Origin: Candidatus Marinacidobacterales bacterium
GTDB lineage: Bacteria > Acidobacteriota > Vicinamibacteria > Marinacidobacterales > DATDRI01
Reading direction: 5' to 3'
Assembly (NCBI GenBank): GCA_965219415.1
Contig: CBDCNP010000002.1
Coordinates: 3,712,001-3,776,000 of the forward strand
DNA length: 64,000 bases
The position numbers and the translations under genes were made by a program. Position 1 is the stretch's first letter, and each line of letters starts with the position of its first letter. A model generated the notes under the pieces. It made no database searches. It was given only the letters and a program-made list of their open reading frames with translations, and was not told the origin of the DNA. Positions 60,553 to 64,000 of the stretch are shown in pieces.

Positions 60553-61701
60553 ATGGGCGCTCTAGACATGGCGACGGTTCAGAGAGGGGCGAGGGTTCGC
60601 CGCTCACCATTCTTCGATGCGACGCAGCGTTACGGCTGCTGGGGCTACACGGTCTACAACCACATGTTTCTCCCCATCGGCTACGACGACCTCGAAAAGG
60701 AGTATTGGAAGCTCCTCACCGACGTATCGATATGGGATGTGAGCGTCGAGCGTCAGGTGGAGATAAAAGGCCCGGACGGTTTCGCCTTTACAAACCTTCT
60801 GACCCCGCGCGACCTCACCAAATGTGAAGTCGGCCAGGGCAAATACGTGCTGATCACCGCGGAAGACGGTGGCATCATCAACGATCCCGTGCTGCTTCGC
60901 CTCGGTGAGAACCATTTCTGGCTCGCCCTGGCGGATAGCGACGTGCTGCTTTGGGCCAAAGGAGTCGCCTACAAATCCGGTATGGACGTCGAGATCGGAG
61001 AGCCGGATGTCTCTCCCATGCAAGTCCAGGGACCGAAGTCGAAGGAGCTCGTCAAGGCCCTCTTCGGCGACAAGGTGCTCGATCTCAAGTACTACTATTT
61101 CCTCGAGACCGAGCTCGATGGCATCCCGGTGATTGTCACTCGCACCGGCTGGACCGGCGAAGTTGGCTACGAGCTCTATTTGCGTGATGGTAGTCGCGGC
61201 GATGAGCTCTGGGACAGGGTGATGGCCGCGGGAAAGCCATTCAATATCGCCCCTACCGGCCCGTCGGATATCCGTCGCGTGGAAGCGGGGATTCTCAACC
61301 ACGGCATCGACATCAACATCGACACCAACCCCTATGAAGTCGATCTCGACCGCTTGGTGAACCTGGATCAGGAAGCCGACTTCATCGGCAAAGAAGCCTT
61401 GAAGAAGATTCAAGCCGAAGGCGTCAAGCGCAAGTTGGTGGGTGTGGAGATTGCCGGGGATCGCCTGGCTCTCAACATGACCCGCTGGCCGGTGAGCCTC
61501 AACGGAAGTCGACTCGGTAACATCACGTCGGCCGTCTATTCGCCTCGCCTGAAGAAGAACGTAGGTTACGCTTGGGTGCCCGTCGAGCACGCCGATCTAG
61601 GAACGGAGCTGTCGATCGCCCTTCCGGACGGCGACCAGAGGTCGGCCACGATCGTGCCCAAGCCCTTCGTCGATCCAAAAAAGGACATCCCGAAATCGTA
61701 A
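60553..61701 (+). CDS. GcvT-family THF-dependent demethylase, DmdA-like
   Basis: AAGGAG RBS; YTVYNHMFLP, WDVSVERQVEI.GPD, INDPVLLRL, ADSDVLLWAKG, RTGWTGEVGYE. Confidence 0.85.
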   Translation: MGALDMATVQRGARVRRSPFFDATQRYGCWGYTVYNHMFLPIGYDDLEKEYWKLLTDVSIWDVSVERQVEIKGPDGFAFTNLLTPRDLTKCEVGQGKYVLITAEDGGIINDPVLLRLGENHFWLALADSDVLLWAKGVAYKSGMDVEIGEPDVSPMQVQGPKSKELVKALFGDKVLDLKYYYFLETELDGIPVIVTRTGWTGEVGYELYLRDGSRGDELWDRVMAAGKPFNIAPTGPSDIRRVEAGILNHGIDINIDTNPYEVDLDRLVNLDQEADFIGKEALKKIQAEGVKRKLVGVEIAGDRLALNMTRWPVSLNGSRLGNITSAVYSPRLKKNVGYAWVPVEHADLGTELSIALPDGDQRSATIVPKPFVDPKKDIPKS

Positions 61702-61744
61702 TCAGCCAATCCCACTGTACTACTAGCCGAGGAGCTCCAAACCC

Positions 61745-63421
61745 ATGACGAAGTCTGCAATCCCTCCCGACATCGAGATTGCACAATCGGCCAAGATCCG
61801 ACCCATCCTCGAGGTGGCCTCCGACCTAGGCCTGGCGCCCGAAGACATCGAACCGTACGGCCATTACAAGGCCAAGGTGCGTCTTGAGGTGTTGGAGCGA
61901 GCCAAGAAGAAGGCTCCCTTGGTCTTGGTGACCGCTACCAGCCCCACCGCAGCGGGGGAGGGGAAAACCACCATGACCGTCGGGCTGGCTCAAGCGCTCA
62001 AGCGACTGGGTCACAAAGCGGCGCCGTGCATCCGAGAGCCGAGTCTCGGTCCGCTCTTTGGTGTGAAGGGCGGGGCGGCAGGAGGCGGCTACTCGCAAGT
62101 CATCCCGATGGAAGACATCAATCTGCATTTCACCGGTGACTTTCACGCCATTACTTCCGCGCACATGCTCCTTTCTGCCTCCATCGATAACCATCTTCAC
62201 CAGGGGAACCCGCTGGGACTGGACCCCCGTCGGATCACATGGACTCGATGCCTGGACATGAACGACCGAGCCCTGAGACAGATCGTGGTGGGGTTGGGCG
62301 GTCCGACCGGAGGTGTTCCGCGGCAAGAAGAGTATGTCATCACCGCCGCGAGCGAGATCATGGCGATCCTCTGCCTCTCGACGGACGTGGCCGATCTGGA
62401 AAAAAGACTCGGGAGCATTCTCGTCGGCTATACCCGCGAACGAAAGCCGGTCCGGGCGCGGGAGCTCGAGGTTGCGGGCGCGATGACGATCGTCCTCAAA
62501 GACGCGCTCAAGCCGAATCTTGTGCAGACGCTCGAAGGCGGCCCCGCCTTTATTCACGGTGGACCCTTCGGAAATATCGCGCATGGATGTAACTCCATCC
62601 TGGGAACCCGAATGGCTATGGCTTTGTCCGACATCGTCGTCACCGAGGCCGGTTTCGGAAGCGACCTAGGCGCCGAAAAGTTTTGCGATATCAAGTGTCG
62701 CGCGGCGGGTCTCGCTCCCGACGCCGCCGTCATCGTGACCACCGTAAGAGCACTCAGGCACAACGGCGGTCAACCGAAGGGCGAGACCGGAGAGGATCCA
62801 AAAGCGCTCGAGGCTGGCCTCGCCAACTTGGATAAGCACATCGAGAACGTCGCCACCTTCGGCTTGCCCGCCATCGTCGCGGTAAACCGCTTCCCCACCG
62901 ACACCGACGCCGAAGTAGAACAGGTGATCGCCCACTGTGTTAAAGTCGGCGCGGCCGCCGCCGATGCGGACATTTTCTCGCGGGGCGGCGAAGGGGGAGA
63001 AACCTTGGCCAAAGCGGTGCTCGAAGTACTGGACACCAAGAAGTCCGCGTTTCGGTTCGCCTACGAAGTCGACGAGTCGATCAAAGACAAGGTCCACGCG
63101 GTGGCAACTAAGATGTACGGTGCCGACGGTGTCGAGTACACCCTCAAAGCGGAAAAAGCGATCGAAGCTCTAGAGCGCAACGGCTTTTCCAATCTACCCG
63201 TCTGTATCGCCAAGACTCAGTATTCACTCAGCGACGAGCCGACCAAGCTCGGACGCCCCCGCGGTTTCCGGATCCACGTGCAAGACGTGCTCGCCTCCGC
63301 CGGAGCGGGGTTCCTCGTCGTTATTGCAGGGTCGGTAATGAGAATGCCGGGGCTTCCTCGCGTTCCTGCCGCTACTCAAATGCATATCGGCCCTGACGGA
63401 AAGACGGTGGGACTCTCTTAG
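61745..63421 (+). CDS. fhs: Formate--tetrahydrofolate ligase
   Basis: PTAAGEGKTT, REPSLGP, KGGAAGGGYSQV, HGGPFGNIAHG, TEAGFG, AKTQYSLS, MPGLP. Confidence 0.97.
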   Translation: MTKSAIPPDIEIAQSAKIRPILEVASDLGLAPEDIEPYGHYKAKVRLEVLERAKKKAPLVLVTATSPTAAGEGKTTMTVGLAQALKRLGHKAAPCIREPSLGPLFGVKGGAAGGGYSQVIPMEDINLHFTGDFHAITSAHMLLSASIDNHLHQGNPLGLDPRRITWTRCLDMNDRALRQIVVGLGGPTGGVPRQEEYVITAASEIMAILCLSTDVADLEKRLGSILVGYTRERKPVRARELEVAGAMTIVLKDALKPNLVQTLEGGPAFIHGGPFGNIAHGCNSILGTRMAMALSDIVVTEAGFGSDLGAEKFCDIKCRAAGLAPDAAVIVTTVRALRHNGGQPKGETGEDPKALEAGLANLDKHIENVATFGLPAIVAVNRFPTDTDAEVEQVIAHCVKVGAAAADADIFSRGGEGGETLAKAVLEVLDTKKSAFRFAYEVDESIKDKVHAVATKMYGADGVEYTLKAEKAIEALERNGFSNLPVCIAKTQYSLSDEPTKLGRPRGFRIHVQDVLASAGAGFLVVIAGSVMRMPGLPRVPAATQMHIGPDGKTVGLS

Positions 63422-63434
63422 ATGTGAGCGTTGC

Positions 63435-64000
63435 TTAGCTTTTCTTCAGAACACTCCGCTTTCTTTCTGGATCGAAGAAAGGAAGCGGCACGATTTTCGC
63501 ACTCGCACGCTTGCGCGCGTACTCAATCGTCATCTCAAGCTCGAGGCGCGTGCCCGGCTTGGCGTGCTCGGACCTGATGGTCGCGATCGCGATGAATCTC
63601 TTCAAAAGCTTCGACCAACAGCTGCTGGTTGCACGGCCGATCTGCCGATCGTCGGCGTAGACGGGGACGGGGTCTCTCGAAGCGACGCTCGAGAGCTGTG
63701 GGATGAGATCCACTTCCTCGTAGAGCCCCTGTAGCTCCTCCCACTGGATCTCGAGTCCCACCAAGGCGTAGGGCGAGCCCCTCTCTTTCTCCTTCTCCAG
63801 CGCCTCACGGCCGACGAAACCGGGCTTGTTGAAATTCACCGCCCATCCCAGTCCTATTTCGTAAGGAGAGGACTTTTGCGACTCGATGAGAGCCTTCTCG
63901 GCGCTAATGAAATCCACCTCAATGAGCGGATACCCGGCTTCGATGCGCGCCAGGTCCAAGGCGAGCATGCCGGAAGGAGTGATCCCCCGACCCTTCCCGG
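63435..64000 (-). CDS. GcvT-family aminomethyltransferase/demethylase, C-terminal part (gene begins beyond the window)
   Basis: ALDLARIEAG, SPYEIGLGW, FVGREAL, TSSCWS, PFFDPERK. Confidence 0.85.
   Translation of the reverse strand, partial: GKGRGITPSGMLALDLARIEAGYPLIEVDFISAEKALIESQKSSPYEIGLGWAVNFNKPGFVGREALEKEKERGSPYALVGLEIQWEELQGLYEEVDLIPQLSSVASRDPVPVYADDRQIGRATSSCWSKLLKRFIAIATIRSEHAKPGTRLELEMTIEYARKRASAKIVPLPFFDPERKRSVLKKS

Noticed and set aside
86-63808. Numerous long antisense or alternate-frame ORFs (e.g. 86..1324, 2749..3756, 4314..5294, 15482..16468, 60604..61590)
   Set aside because: Typical high-GC shadow ORFs overlapping well-supported genes, with no motifs.

Overview
GC-rich bacterial chromosomal segment. 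The Oar-type TonB receptor C-terminus, sulfatase-TPR and CRTAC1/ASPIC proteins suggest Acidobacteriota, possibly from a long-read metagenome assembly (inference). The window is devoted almost entirely to catabolism of amino acids, polyamines and methylated amine/sulfur compounds. In order it holds: two near-duplicate APC permeases, each directly behind a PLP-enzyme gene; two SelA-fold PLP proteins; a hutC-hutH-ftcD-hutU operon with a HutC operator, no hutI, and an Ala-Cys-Gly (not Ala-Ser-Gly) MIO triad; an agmatinase-family enzyme, peptidases and amidohydrolases; a candidate ~270-nt structured non-coding element; an operon joining a Tat-exported spermidine-dehydrogenase-like flavoprotein, a 4-subunit Qrc/ACIII-like membrane redox complex and a dimethylglycine-dehydrogenase-like enzyme; an IS-rich patch at 39.9-45.4 kb, including one intact IS256 with TIRs and an 8-bp TSD; and a THF-linked demethylation cluster (second SpdH-like gene, two SSS transporters, IclR, metF, ccr, truncated DmdB-like ligase, DUF1326/DUF2182, Tat sarcosine oxidase-like, Rieske N-demethylase-like, DmdA-like GcvT, fhs, second GcvT). 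About ten genes carry single-base frameshifts, which may be sequencing artefacts. No rRNA, tRNA or CRISPR array was seen. All product calls come from reading motifs by eye; no database searches were run.
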